Shown here in pieces: positions 13,161-26,688 of a stretch of DNA of 64,000 nucleotides. The translations under genes were made by a program, and so were the position numbers. The notes beneath the pieces were generated by a model. The model saw nothing but the letters and a program-made list of their open reading frames with translations. It had not been told where the DNA came from and ran no database searches. Within the stretch, counting starts at the first letter, position 1; each line of letters begins with the position of its first letter. Origin of the DNA: the human T2T-CHM13v2.0 reference genome, Homo sapiens; the NCBI RefSeq assembly GCF_009914755.1, contig NC_060932.1. One strand, written 5' to 3'.

Positions 13161-13933
13161 AAAATGTAGTTCTGTTGTACTCTCCACAATTATTACCTTA
13201 TGAAAATAAATGGAGTGAGGGAATGAAAATACTGGCATGAATAGTAAGATGCTGGCTGGTCAAAAGCAGCAGCTTCCTAAGCCCAAATGCTGTTGCTCTT
13301 CAAACTTAAGCCAGGGCTCTATGTGTTCAGTCATGGGGGCTGGGAGGACAAAGTTCAAGGGATACAAAAAGTGGGGAAGGTCAAAGCGTGTCTTACAAAG
13401 CAAAGAGTAATTAGGTGATACAGCACCTTTCTAACATTTGATTCTCAGGACACATCTTTAGGACCTTATTGCAGGTAAAACTTAGGACTGCCCAGCTAGG
13501 TCAGGGGTTGCAGTGGGGAGTACCCTGACTCGGATAGTGAGGAGCTAAGGCTAATGAATTAATTTTAACCTCAAATCAGGATGGACCTGGGAATCCATCA
13601 GTTGATGAACCTAGCATCATGGGTGGTGACATAAGGCAGGTCTGATACATCTACAACCAGAACCTCTATCTCTCGGCTCCTATCCAAGTCATTGTCTATG
13701 AGATTGGTGGGTTTTTCAATCCTGCTTAATTTATATCCCATCAATTATTTGAGAAATGAAGTTAAGTTTCCTTAAGAGAGAGACAAAAAGACCAGGAGAT
13801 CTTTTTTGTGTCTGGAGATTGCTCTGCATTGTGCTACCATTAAGGTCTCTTCATGGTAAACGTGGGGCATCTCACTTCCTCTCATGACCCTTTGAGGACT
13901 GACATACCAAGGCTGAAATCACCTTGTCATTAT

Positions 13934-13994
13934 CTCGGTTCCTGTAGTCTAGTGCTGCTTTTAGCTCAGTTCCTGTAGTCTAGTGTTACTTTTT
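13934..13994. repeat. ~31-bp imperfect tandem duplication (GTTCCTGTAGTCTAGTG core x2)
   Basis: read directly. Confidence 0.85.
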
Positions 13995-13995
13995 G

Positions 13996-14049
13996 TGTTG
14001 ATGCACATAAAATGATTTAGAGACCTAAATTATTTTGTGTGCATCAACA
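13996..14049 (+). repeat. Inverted repeat: 25-bp stem, 4-nt loop (AGAC)
   Basis: TGTTGATGCACATAAAATGATTTAG / CTAAATTATTTTGTGTGCATCAACA; 23 Watson-Crick pairs + 2 G:T(U). Confidence 0.95.
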
Positions 14050-14129
14050 AAGAAAACAAACATCACAGGACTCAAGTTTCCTTGAATGGCCCCACCTAGA
14101 CTCCTCTCCCAATATCACCAAGCTTAGGG

Positions 14130-14285
14130 GTTGAAATCAGGCAGCCCTGGGTAGAATTCTGCGGCTGTCCCAACTCATGAGCTCTTGGACTTCTGGCAAG
14201 CCCAAATCTTCTGAGCTTCCATCTCATTATCTATAAAAGAAGATGAGTAAGGATTATCTTGGGAGGAGCTTGTGAGGCTTAGCTT
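14130..14285 (+). mobile_element. MIR
   Basis: 'ggcaagcccaaatcttctgagcttccatctcattatctataaaa'. Confidence 0.55.
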
Positions 14286-14299
14286 TTCATTTGATTATT

Positions 14300-14760
14300 A
14301 ATCCATTCATGCATTCAAAATATTTGAGTACCAACTACGTACGAGAGTGAAGTACTAGACAAAACCAGACACAGCTCTTTCTTCCCAGAAATGTAGACTC
14401 TAAAAGGGGAGGTTGTCCTGAAAAGATATGACTTCAGTAAATGTGTACACTTGCAAACTGGAATCAATGCCATGAAGGAGGTGGGATGGCTCCAGGTAAG
14501 AGGGTGTGAGGTGTAGGGGGTGGAGGAATGTAGGGGTGCAGAGAGGGGAGGCACACTCAGGAAAGGACACCAGAGCTAATGAACAAGGAGGGGGAGGTAA
14601 CTAGCAGGAAGCAGAGGGGCTGAATTCCAGGTAGACAGGACAGCATGTGCAAAGGCCCAGGGGGAGAGCCAAGCATGGTTAAGGAAATAATAAATAACAG
14701 AAGCCCAATTTGGCTGTGGAGCAGAGAACAATGGGGAGAAGGTAAGACAAGGCACAAAAC
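14300..14760 (-). mobile_element. L2 fragment
   Basis: 'attcaaaatatttgagtaccaacta', 'cagcatgtgcaaaggcccagg'. Confidence 0.7.
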
Positions 14761-15145
14761 CTGTGCTCAGAAGCAAGCTTCCCTAGTCCTTTTAGGAAAC
14801 CAGTCAAGGGGAAAAACAGCTGAGGCTGCTGAGAGTCACCCCAAATCAGCAACACCTTCAGGAGATACAGGATGGCATAGGACTCCAGGTGACAGAGTTT
14901 AAGATCAGCTTGAGAGGACAGAGCTGAGGCCACCCTCCTTCCCTTCCATTTATCTTGTGAATCCATCTGGGGCCGTTCTATATCACCTCAGAATGGATAA
15001 TGGCATAGACCCCAGCTGGGTTTGCAACTTGTAAATATCTATTAGAAGACCACTCTCACTTTTTCATTCCACCTTGCCACCAGCCCAAAAGAAAACACAA
15101 AGCAGCAAGTATCTACAGAGAAGGACTCAGTGGTGTGTGTAGAGA

Positions 15146-15172
15146 TGTGTGTGTGTGTGTGTGTGTGTGTGT
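15146..15172. repeat. (TG)n microsatellite
   Basis: ~13 uninterrupted TG units. Confidence 0.97.
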
Positions 15173-15259
15173 ACACATGCATGTCTTTATGCATGCTCTT
15201 GAACCGGGATATGGGAGTAAGAAATGGAAGAGAAAATTGCAGGCAGCTGTAATCAATGA

Positions 15260-15400
15260 GAAGAACCAGGATTTGGAATTAGGAGATCTGATTCTGCTAC
15301 TAGTTAGCTTCATAACCTAGGGCAGGTCATAGCCTCTCTCTGTCTTATTTTGTTAGCTTTTAAAATGAGGATAAAAGCAAGCCCATGCTGAAGTGTTGGA
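15260..15400 (+). mobile_element. MIR
   Basis: 'acctagggcaggtcatagcctctctctg...taaaatgaggataa'. Confidence 0.55.
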
Positions 15401-15632
15401 AGGCCCAGATTCATGCATTCTTTCATCTTCTGGGATGAAAAATACCACACTCTACAATGAGATGCAGAGATACAGGATATAGCCTTTGCCCTTAAGGAGC
15501 TCCCAGTCTAGGTCCTAGACTCTAGGAAGAGAGATAAACAATGAACAAGGAAATAGATAATTACAAAGAAATGTGATGGGCATGGAACAGAAAGAAACCA
15601 TAGGGTCTGATGGGACTACAGATGGAGGCAGA

Positions 15633-16048
15633 GTGTAGCAGAGGCTGAGGACTCCCCACCATTTCAACGGAAGGTACCAGCAGTTTCTTGCCTGGGGGCT
15701 TTCTCTGGCCACTGGAGACCACTTTGCCCTGCAGGCTGGTAGTGAGAAGGAATTAATGTCCTCCTGAGCAGCTGTCTGCCTATGGATGACCATGGTGTGT
15801 CAATACCCAGCTTCCTCATGCCTTGGGGGAGATAACTCCAAGGTGAGTGTCTCCACCCTATTTCTCAGAATCCCCCCAGCAGAACCAAGTGTCAGTTGTC
15901 TACCAGATGACTTGCTCAGTTGATCCCTTTACTGACTTTTCCCCTTCTCATTTCATCTCCCCACTCCCTTTCCAATACTCTGTGGGGTTCTGTCCCAATA
16001 AACTCCTAACACTCAAACCCTTGTCTCGGGGAAATCCACTCTCAGACG
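15633..16048 (+). mobile_element. LTR16-type ERVL solo LTR
   Basis: TGTAGCAGA start; 'cccaataaactcctaacactcaaacccttgtctcgggg' U5/polyA region. Confidence 0.7.
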
Positions 16049-16969
16049 GGAGGCACCCATTCCCTTCTAGGAAGAGTGAGTGAGGTAGAATTCGCAGGAA
16101 GAGTGGCATCTGAACTGAGCTCCTGAGAGCCTGAAGGCAAACACACTTAACCATCCTAAGTGCTAGACATGGGTAAGGAGCCAGAATTAGCATTGTCAAT
16201 GGAAGGGGAAAGTGAACTTGTGCTACCCACAGCGTGGTCCTGGAACAAATGCTGGTCCCTAAACAATGAATTACTGGTTTAATTACTCAAACTTTCTGTT
16301 TGAGTAAGCATTGGCCTGCAACAGATTAGAAATTAAACAAAACAAGCAAAGCTTTATTACAGATAGTTTGACCACAGTTTAGAACACCTAGTTCCCTTCT
16401 TACGCATGTTTTTTTTTCTGTTGTCATGTCCACAAGCAAAATAAGTGGTGCTTTGTCCCAAGTCTTTTCCAGGATAGGTCAACCTAGAGAAAAAACAAAG
16501 CACAAGGGCCGCTCACATGGAATTTAGCCTTAGGCTTCCAGAACCATGGAATGTTCTGGCCTTTGGAAGGACCTCTGGCCTCCAGCTTGCCAAAGACTCA
16601 GAGCTCATGTGCTTCTCCCTCAGCAGGGCTAGGCACAGCCTATTCATTACTCTGGTACAGCCAACCAACAAGCTCAAGAAGCTAATCAGTAAGACAATGT
16701 CTAGAAGACTGAGCCCCATAACATAAGATGAAAGGGGCTGTGGCATTTCATCTACCAGATCCAGCTTGTCAACACCACTTTGAATATGTTTTTGAGAGCA
16801 GGTAGGAAAGTCATTAAACTTGATGTGCGCCCTTTCTCCCTCCCTTTTCCCTCTACCATAACCAACAGAACCCAAGCCCTACAAAGGGTAAGTGCTCAAG
16901 AAAGTTCTGAAGTGAATCAATAAAAATCATACTATGATTTGTGTTTTAAATTCAGAGCCCCTCCACCTA

Positions 16970-18620
16970 TATTGACTCCTTCCCATCAGAATTCAAACAT
17001 ACCCAAGTTCTCACCTCTCAAAAAACATAACCCCACTTGTCCAGCTCCTACTCCCCATCTCGCCCCCACCCCTCATAGACAAAGTTCTTGAAAGAATGAT
17101 CTTTTAACTTCATATTGGCTCACGTTGACCTCTCAAATCCTCTCCTCTGGCTTCTGCTCCAGTACTTCTCTGAAACTGCTCCAGCCAGGCTCTCCAACAA
17201 CCTTCTGGTCCTTAAATGAACACTTCTCGGAGTTGGGATTGTACTTGCCTTCTCAGCAGCGTTGGGTTCTTACTGGGTACGAATACTCTTCTATTCTTTA
17301 CTCTTTTTCTTGGCTCTCATGACATCACCGTTTTCACATTTCCTTTCCACGCCCTGGACTGTCCACCTCAGTTGGCTTTGCCAGCCTCTTCTTTTCTGGC
17401 TGTTTCTTAAATGTGGATGCTTCCCAGGACTTTTTCCCATGTCTCTGTTCTCACCATACACAGTCTTCCTGGGTAACAGAGACATGGACTGTGGATTCAA
17501 TTACCATCTATACGCTGAGGCCTCCTAAAGCCACACCCAGTCCAGACCTTCCTTCTTAGCTCCAGACTCATACACTCTGCCTACTTGGTTGTGTCACTGA
17601 CACCCAAAAAGGAACACACCCAAATCTCACTCAGCATCTGCACCAAATTTACCTCTCATGCTCCAGCCCTGATGCCAGTAGAATGGCAATACCTTTCCAC
17701 CAGTCACTTGAAAAAAAAAAAACAAACCAAGGATACATCTTCACTTCTCTGCCTCCCCAGTCCCCTCTCCCTGATCAGCAAGTCCTTCAGAGTTCCCCTC
17801 CTCAACACCTCTTCACCTGCGTACTTCTCCCCAGCCCCACTCCTGAGAACTGTGCCTCATCAGTTTCCTCTAGGACCATGGGAACAGCCCTAACCAAGCT
17901 CTCTCTGCTCCCCTCTGTCTTGCTATTTCCAATCCAGTCTCCTCTCTGCAACCTGATAAATTTTTCTCAAAAGGGTCTTTGAAGCTTCATTTATTTATTG
18001 CTGTGTCAGATCATTTCTTTTTTTTTTTTTTAATTTTACTTTAAGTTCTGGGATACATGTGCAGAACATGCAGGTTTGTTACTTAAGTATATATGTGCCA
18101 TGGTGGCTTGCTGCACCTATCAACCCGTCATCTAGGTTATATCAAGCTTTATTTTTAAAGGAGACCTGTCTTACTAAATTAAGCCTTCCCAGAACCGCTG
18201 GGTCAACCAGGTGAGAGCAGCAATGCTTTGGAGACACAGCGCAGGTGCCATCATGAAGCCCTCATCCCCTCCTCTCTCCCATCTCAGAGGAAACTTTGGG
18301 CTGTACAGAACTGTGTGAAAATCACAGTCCTCGGGGTTCAATCTGGCCACATTGATCTCCTTTTTAAAATGCTCCAAGTCACCCATTATCCTCTGATCAG
18401 ATTCCTGAGCACAGTGGCAAGACTTCCCAGGACCTGGCTCCCACCTCTCTCCAGACTCGCATCCGCCCAGCCCCTCGGCTCTCTGCTACCACGCAATTAT
18501 TTCATTCCTGAGCTCATCGTTCTCGCACTGCAAGTCTGTGAGCTCTGGCCCCCTGTGCTCCCTTCCCTCTCTTCCTGGAGCTAACTCCTGCTCTAGTCCT
18601 TCTGGTCTCAGCTCTGATGC
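16970..18620 (+). mobile_element. L2 fragment (long, degraded)
   Basis: 'tctctgaaactgctc', 'ttcaattaccatctatacgctga', 'tctggtctcagctctgatgcca'. Confidence 0.7.
18019..18138 (-). mobile_element. L1PA 3' end, ~120-bp truncated insertion
   Basis: polyT + 'ttttactttaagttctgggatacatgtgcagaacatgcaggtttgttac...catctaggtt'. Confidence 0.9.
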
Positions 18621-18973
18621 CATATCCCAGACCTTCTGGAGCTGGGCTAGGGTATCACATAGCACATCAGGCTCTCCACTCTGGCCCTGAGTGGCGGTTG
18701 CAGTTAAGGAGCTGAGCTCCCCTCCAGCAAGCTCTAAGGGGAGGGCCCTCCTGCCAGCGCCTCACCCAGAGGTCTGGGAGCCTGACACCCATTCAGTGCA
18801 CGCCCCAAGTGTGCCTCTGTCTCAGGTCCACGTTAGACTTGCCCATTCACAAAGTCCATCGGACTGTCACAACTGCTTCACCCCAGTTGACAGGTGTGAA
18901 AGAGTGACACATAATCAAGACTACACAAAAAGTGGCCGATCCATGACTGAAACACGTGGTGAAACCATCTCTA

Positions 18974-19387
<414 letters not shown>

Positions 19388-20150
19388 TCATTATACTTTA
19401 AAAATATATACAACTTATTGTTATCAGTGACATACCTAATTGCAGCAAAGTGTTTCTTGGAAGAATCACTTTAGGGAACAGCTAAGAAGTCTTTGTAATC
19501 AGCCTGCTGGTTATTTGTAAAATAGTGCTTTTCACAGTCTCACAGAGTCTCACCTGGGGAGGGGAAGAGGGGGTTTGGAGATTGCTTTGCCCCAGAAGCG
19601 TCTGTCTCTCCTCAGCCTGGGCACCAGCCTGCCCAGTCACAGCGAGAAGAGAACCCACTTATCCACCTTTTCCTACTTGCCAGGCTCCTGGGGAGGCAAA
19701 TCTCCACCCAGGGCTGCCAGAATTAAGACTGCCTTTCTTTTCTGGCCAAAAGGGCACACTGGTTTCTTATTGCAATGGCATAGAACATGTGGCTATCACG
19801 AGAGGGTGACAAGGACAGGCCAAACAGGTTTCTTGCTCCTCCGTTTGTTTTCTATTGCTACATAACACATCACTGCAAACTTAGTGACTGCAAGCTACAC
19901 AAATTTATTATCTCACACTTTCCATGGGTCAGAAGTCCGGGCATGAGTTAACTGAATTTTCTAGTCAGGGTCTCACCATTTTAATGGGTAGTTGCTCTGC
20001 ATTCCCCTCTGAGGCTCAAGGTCTTCTTCCAAGCTCACTGGTGGTTGGCAGAATTCATTTCCTTATGACCGTATGACTGAGGCCCCCATCTTTTTGCAGG
20101 CTGTTGTTCTTGCTGGCTGTTGGCTGGAAGCAACTCCTAGAGGCTAAGAG

Positions 20151-20450
20151 TTTTTTTTTTTTTTTTTGAGATGGAGTCTTGCTCTGTTGCCTAGGCTGGA
20201 GTGCAGTGGCATAATCTTGGCTCACGGCAACCTCTGCCTTGCAGGTTCAAGCAATTCTCCTGCCTCAGCCTCCTGAGTAGATGGAATTACAGGCACCCGC
20301 CACCATGCCCGGCTAATTTTTGTATTTTTAGTAGAGATGGGGTTTCATCACATTGGCCAGGCTGGTCTCAAACTCCTGACCTCAAGTGATCCACCTGCCC
20401 CAGCCTCCCAAAGTGCTGGGATTACAGACGTGAACCACTGCGCGCAGCCT
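20151..20450 (-). mobile_element. AluSx
   Basis: full dimer; TSD aggctaagagtt. Confidence 0.93.
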
Positions 20451-20459
20451 GAAGGCTAA

Positions 20460-20882
<423 letters not shown>

Positions 20883-21619
20883 AGGAAGGGCCTACTCTCT
20901 TGTAAGGGCTCGTCTAATTTGCTCAGGATAATCTCCTTTTGATTAACCCTATGTCACCTGATTTGGTACATCAATTATATCTGCAAAATCCCTTCACCCC
21001 TTTACCTAATTGTGGGAATGAAATCTACCACATTTACAGCCCTGCTCACACTTGAGGGAAGGGAATCATATGGCATGTTCACCAGGGGTGGAGCCTGGAA
21101 TTCTGTCTACCACGGTTCCCTGGTCTAACTCCTTAAGACGTGCAATGCCAAGCAGGATCCAGGTATCCTTGCACTGCTCTTGCCATCTGCTGGGTGGGAT
21201 TCTGCAATGGTTAAGACAGTCCTGGACCCTAAAGCTGGCCTAGCTTGCTTGGTTTCGAATGCAGAAAGGTTCTGCCCTGAGTCTACAGCTGAGTGAATGT
21301 TCCAGTAAGGAGGTGGGAGAGGTAATGGTCAAAGCTGGGTTAAGACTTTATTACTTTCTCTATGACAGAGAAAGGGAAAAGAGGAGTTAGTGAGGACATG
21401 AGATCACAATGTTCTTTGACCTATTTTGGTTAGCAAAAAGTGCCGTGGACTCCCCAGTTTCACAGTGATGTTCAACATGGGCTAATGTGATTTCTAGGCA
21501 GAGGAGCTTTTATCAGATCATAAAAAGCCAAGGTTCAGGATTTTGCTTGCTGCCTTGCAGGTTTGCAATCTAAGGTCTCACTGAAGGGATTTCCTCAAGG
21601 GTTACCAATAATAGCATTA

Positions 21620-21800
21620 CTTTATTTACTCATCCAAAACATCCTGTGAGATGAGTATATTATTATTATTATTCCCATTTTATAAGTATGGAAACTGAAG
21701 CTCAGAGAGGTTAAGTAACCTGCTTAGTCACGCAGCTATTTAGTATAGAAAGATGGGGTTGGTTGCAGTCTGTCTGGCTCCAAAGCCTTTGCTGGTTACC
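21620..21800 (-). mobile_element. MIR
   Basis: 'ggaaactgaagctcagagaggttaagtaacctgc'. Confidence 0.85.
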
Positions 21801-21869
21801 ATTTATGAGGCAGTTTCTTAGTTTTTCACATCAGCCCCTTTGCCTGTGCTCTTCCTGCTCTCTGGGACT

Positions 21870-22900
21870 CTGCCTAATACTTTACAAGAAAGCCCCTTCC
21901 AGGTTTCATTGGCCCTGAGTGTAAAACTTCTTTAATTTGGAATCTACCATTATATTGATTTCCTCTCAATTCCGCTCTTTGCAGTACATTGAAAAAGCAA
22001 CCAACCAACCAATCAATGAAAAGAACCTCCTCCTTTTGCAAGACATTCAAATGTTTAACAGCAGCTCTCATGTTCTCTCTAGGACTAAATCTTGCTAGGT
22101 TTTCTCACCATTCCTCACATGACTTGATTTCCTGATCATCTGTAATTCTATTTGCCCTCTGGTTAATCTTTGATTTATCATTTTCTGCTGAAAACAAGAT
22201 GCCCCAAATTGAAGACTGTTTGTGCTATGTCTAAAACTTAGAACACCGCAAGACCATCACCCACCTGATATGGATACTATGGCTGTGTTAATGTACCCTA
22301 AAATCGCATTAGCTTTTTAAACAGCCAAATCACATTGTTGGCCCATATTTAAATTGCACTTGGCTAACACTTTGGGTCTTTCTCCACTAAACTAATGTCA
22401 AGCCACAGCCTCTCAATACTGACCTTGTGTTGCTGAACTTTTTTTTAACCTAGTTTTCATTTCCTTTCTGCCCTCTTTTGGAACATGTTCAAATCCTTGT
22501 AAGTCTGAATCTCCAATGCAGTGTCTTAGTTCTTCCCCCAGTGCTGAGTCATCTGTACAGTTCATAAGTAAGTTTTTTAGCTCTTCAGCCAGATATCAAT
22601 CAAGTGTTACAATGGATGAGTTGAAGAGTAGAGTTATTTAAGGTTGTTATGACAAGTTAAATAACTGAACAATTAAAAATTGTTAATCCCTTAATTGAAC
22701 TAGAATCCACGCTTTGTGAAAATTGAGCTATAATATGTCTGCGACATTCCCTTTATTCATGAACTTAGTGATTTCCTTAAAATGGAGATGAGATTAATGA
22801 TAAATAATTTTCCCTAGAAAAGCTGTGCTGATTCTTAGTCACTACTAATGATTATAAACTACCTGTTAAAAATCAGAGCCTAATGTTTTATCAGGGATTG
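21870..22900 (-). mobile_element. L3/CR1 fragment (RT region, degraded)
   Basis: 'ttaatgtaccctaaaatcgcattagctttttaaacagcc...cacattgttggcccatattta', 'gtcatctgtacagttcataag'. Confidence 0.65.
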
Positions 22901-22949
22901 ATACTATTATAATTTGTTCCTGGAATATGCCTTTTTTCTAAAGATCTTT

Positions 22950-23278
<329 letters not shown>

Positions 23279-23861
23279 TAAGCATCCTTTCTGAAATCTT
23301 ATATAGATTATTAATTGGCTTATATGAATATTTTTCCTAATAGATTTTTAAAAAGCATTTAACACTATTCTTTTAATTTGAAATACCGAATCAGCAAGGT
23401 CCTAACAATGTCTCTAACTACTATTATTTATTACTCACATCCCTCCAAAATATAGCCAAATACACATAACAAGCTTGTGAAATACATTTATAGAACTTGT
23501 AACTGTGAAGAACAAATTTAGGTAAATCATGGCCTTCAGGTCAGCTGTGATGGAATCTAGGCCACTTGTTTTTCTTTGTTCTTATTTTGAGATAATCGTT
23601 TCCTCCCTTTTTTTACAGCCCTGTAATTTTGTGTATCTAATTCCTTTTTTATTATAATGAAGGCATCATCATCATATTACCGAGGAGACCAAAGACGTAA
23701 ATTAATCTGAAGCATCTCTGGTCTCTGGGCTGGTGGATAGCCACCTGGGCTTTGGTCTTGATGAAGTCCAGAATTAATGAAATGTGGATAACAAGAATCA
23801 AAGCTTATTTCTGATAATAAATGTGCACAGTTTGTTCAGCTAGTTAGATCTGTCCATAATA

Positions 23862-23897
23862 TCAGAAATATCTGGGGTTTCAGAAATATCTGGGGTT
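23862..23897. repeat. 18-bp perfect tandem duplication TCAGAAATATCTGGGGTT x2
   Basis: read directly. Confidence 0.95.
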
Positions 23898-24822
23898 GTG
23901 GTAGTTTTTAAAGTATTTTTTAATTTAACATATATTACTTAGACAAGTGCATAAAATTTATATGTACAGTTTAACATATGGTAGTTAAGTGAAGACCCAA
24001 GCAATCATCCCCCAGGCCAAGAAACAGAACATTAAGAGCAACACAGAGGTCCTCTCTCTATTCCTTGCTTTGATAACAACCCCCTCTTCCACCCTCCAGA
24101 AGTAACCACTTGCCTTTTATAGTAATAATTTCCTCACTTTTCCTTGTAGGTTTATTGCCTGAGGATGCATCCCTAAACTGTGTGTATTTGTTTTACATGG
24201 TTCTAGACTATTTAAAAATGGAACTGTATTGTATTATTCTTTGAAACTTAATTTTTTTCCTCAACATTTCATATTCATCACATTGTTGCATTAAAACTGA
24301 TTTGATTTGCTTATTTTCCTGCTGTAATCTATGGTATGAATATACCATATCATGGGCATTTTGTTTGTTTCTGGTTTTCGGTAATTACAAAAAGACAAAT
24401 GTTGCTTTAGACATCCTTTTACACTTATCTTAGTGAATGTACGTATGAGTATCTCTAAAAAACATGGAATATTCAACTTCACTATACAACGCGACACTGT
24501 TCTCCACAGCAGGTTTACTGATTCACATTCTTATCATCAGGATTATGAGTTTCTAAATCTCCACATCCTAGCCAACACGCAGTATTGTTAGTCTTTTTAA
24601 TTTTTACCAATCGCAGGTGTGTAGTTGTATTATGTTATAATTTTAATTTGTATTCTCCTGATTAACATTGAGGTTGAGCACTTTTCATATGTTCTTTGGC
24701 CATTTTAATATCTCTTCTTGTGAGGTACATGTTCAAGTCTTTGCCTATTTTTTTTCCTATCAGGTTTTCTGCCTTATTTATTTTTAATATTTCTCATATA
24801 TTCTGTATGCTAGCCCTTTTAA

Positions 24823-24900
24823 CCTATTTCTTGTTTAGAAAAAGAAAAAAAAGTGCAGCCTACTGCCAGTGCTCATTTCTCGGGGCAAATGGGAAATGGG
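24823..24900 (-). mobile_element. MER75A-like piggyBac MITE (78 bp)
   Basis: TTAA at 24819-24822 and 24901-24904; imperfect TIRs cctatttcttgttt / aaatgggaaatggg; body matches recalled MER75. Confidence 0.85.
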
Positions 24901-25135
24901 TTAAAAAATTATATATGTTACAAATGTGTCCTCCCACTCTGTGGCTTGTATTTTAACTCTTTTTGTGGCATCTTTTGAAGAATGGAAATTTTAATTTTTA
25001 CTATAACCAATTTACAACTTTTCCTTTGTGTTTAGTGTTTTTTCTCTCTACATAAGATATCTACTCCAAAATTATTAAGATATTCTCTTATACTACCTTC
25101 AAAAGCTTAGTATTTAGCCTTTCACAGTAGATCTT

Positions 25136-25482
25136 TGTCTTGACCCATTCAGCTACTGCAACAATACATCTTAGACTGGGTAATTTATAAACAACAGAAA
25201 TTTATTGCTCACGGTTCTGAAGGCTGGGAAGTCCAAGATCAAGTTGCCAACAAGTTTGGTGTATGGTGAGGGCCTGTTCCTCATGGACAGTGCCTTCTAT
25301 GTATTCACATGGTAGAAGGGGCAAGGGAGCTCAAGCCTCATTTATAAGGGCATTAATACCACTCTTGAGGGTAGAGCCCTCATCAATCACCTCCCAAAGG
25401 CCCCATCTTCCAACACCATCAGATTGGGTATCAGGCTCCAACATATGAATTTTGGGGGGACACTAACATTCAGACCAAAGCA
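25136..25482 (-). mobile_element. MLT1A0/MSTD-type MaLR solo LTR
   Basis: TG...CA termini, 'aggctgggaagtccaagatcaag'; TSD atctt/gtctt. Confidence 0.88.
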
Positions 25483-26147
25483 GTCTTCAATCCACTTGGA
25501 ACTGATTTTACATACAGTATGAGGAAGGAATAAAATCTCAATGTTTCCAATATGAACAATTTCCGGTTGTTCCATTATTATTTATTAAAAATGTTATCCT
25601 TTACCTATAGCCACTTCTGTCATAGATCAAGCCCATGTATGTGAAATCTAAGTTCTCTATTCTGTTTCATTGGTCAATTTTTATTTTATTGTATTTTTCC
25701 CCTCATTTTCTATACTCTAGAGGAACTACTTGCAGCCTGTTTTTAAAATCTTTGCATAAATACCACATCATCTTGATAACTAAAATACTGTAATGTATCT
25801 TGATATCTGATAAAACAAATCCTTCTACATTTTTCTTTTTCTTCAAAAAGTAGCTTCTCAAATTCTACAAAATAAAATCAATTGGAATTTTGATTGGGGT
25901 TGTGTCAAATCTACAGATCAGTTTCGGAGGAACAAACATTTTAAAAATATTCATTTTTCTATTCCATGAACATGGTATAACTCCTTTATTTGGATATTTT
26001 AAAATATCTCTCAGTAAGTTTTAATTTTTCACCTTTAGAGGCCTTCTGCATCTTTTCATAGATTTATTCCTAAGTAATTAATGCTTTTTAAATTATATTA
26101 CGATTGGTATCTCTTTTTAAATTCTACTTTTAACTGTGTTTTTACTG

Positions 26148-26187
26148 GAATAGAGAAATACAATGTTGAATAGAGAAATACAATGTT
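26148..26187. repeat. 20-bp perfect tandem duplication GAATAGAGAAATACAATGTT x2
   Basis: read directly. Confidence 0.95.
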
Positions 26188-26364
26188 TTTTGTATACTGG
26201 TATTTTTGTTATCAGTAATAGTTTAGCTGTAGTTTTTTGGATTTGTTAATGTATATATAATAGCATCTAAGAAAAATGATAGTTTTTTCCTTACAACTCT
26301 TGTGCCTTATATTTATGTGTCTTCCTTATTTCACTGGATAGGCCCTCCAGTACAACATTGACTA

Positions 26365-26688
<324 letters not shown>

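Noticed and set aside
14495-14552. G-quadruplex candidate
   Set aside because: G-runs are separated by long loops and lie within a degraded L2; not a canonical motif.
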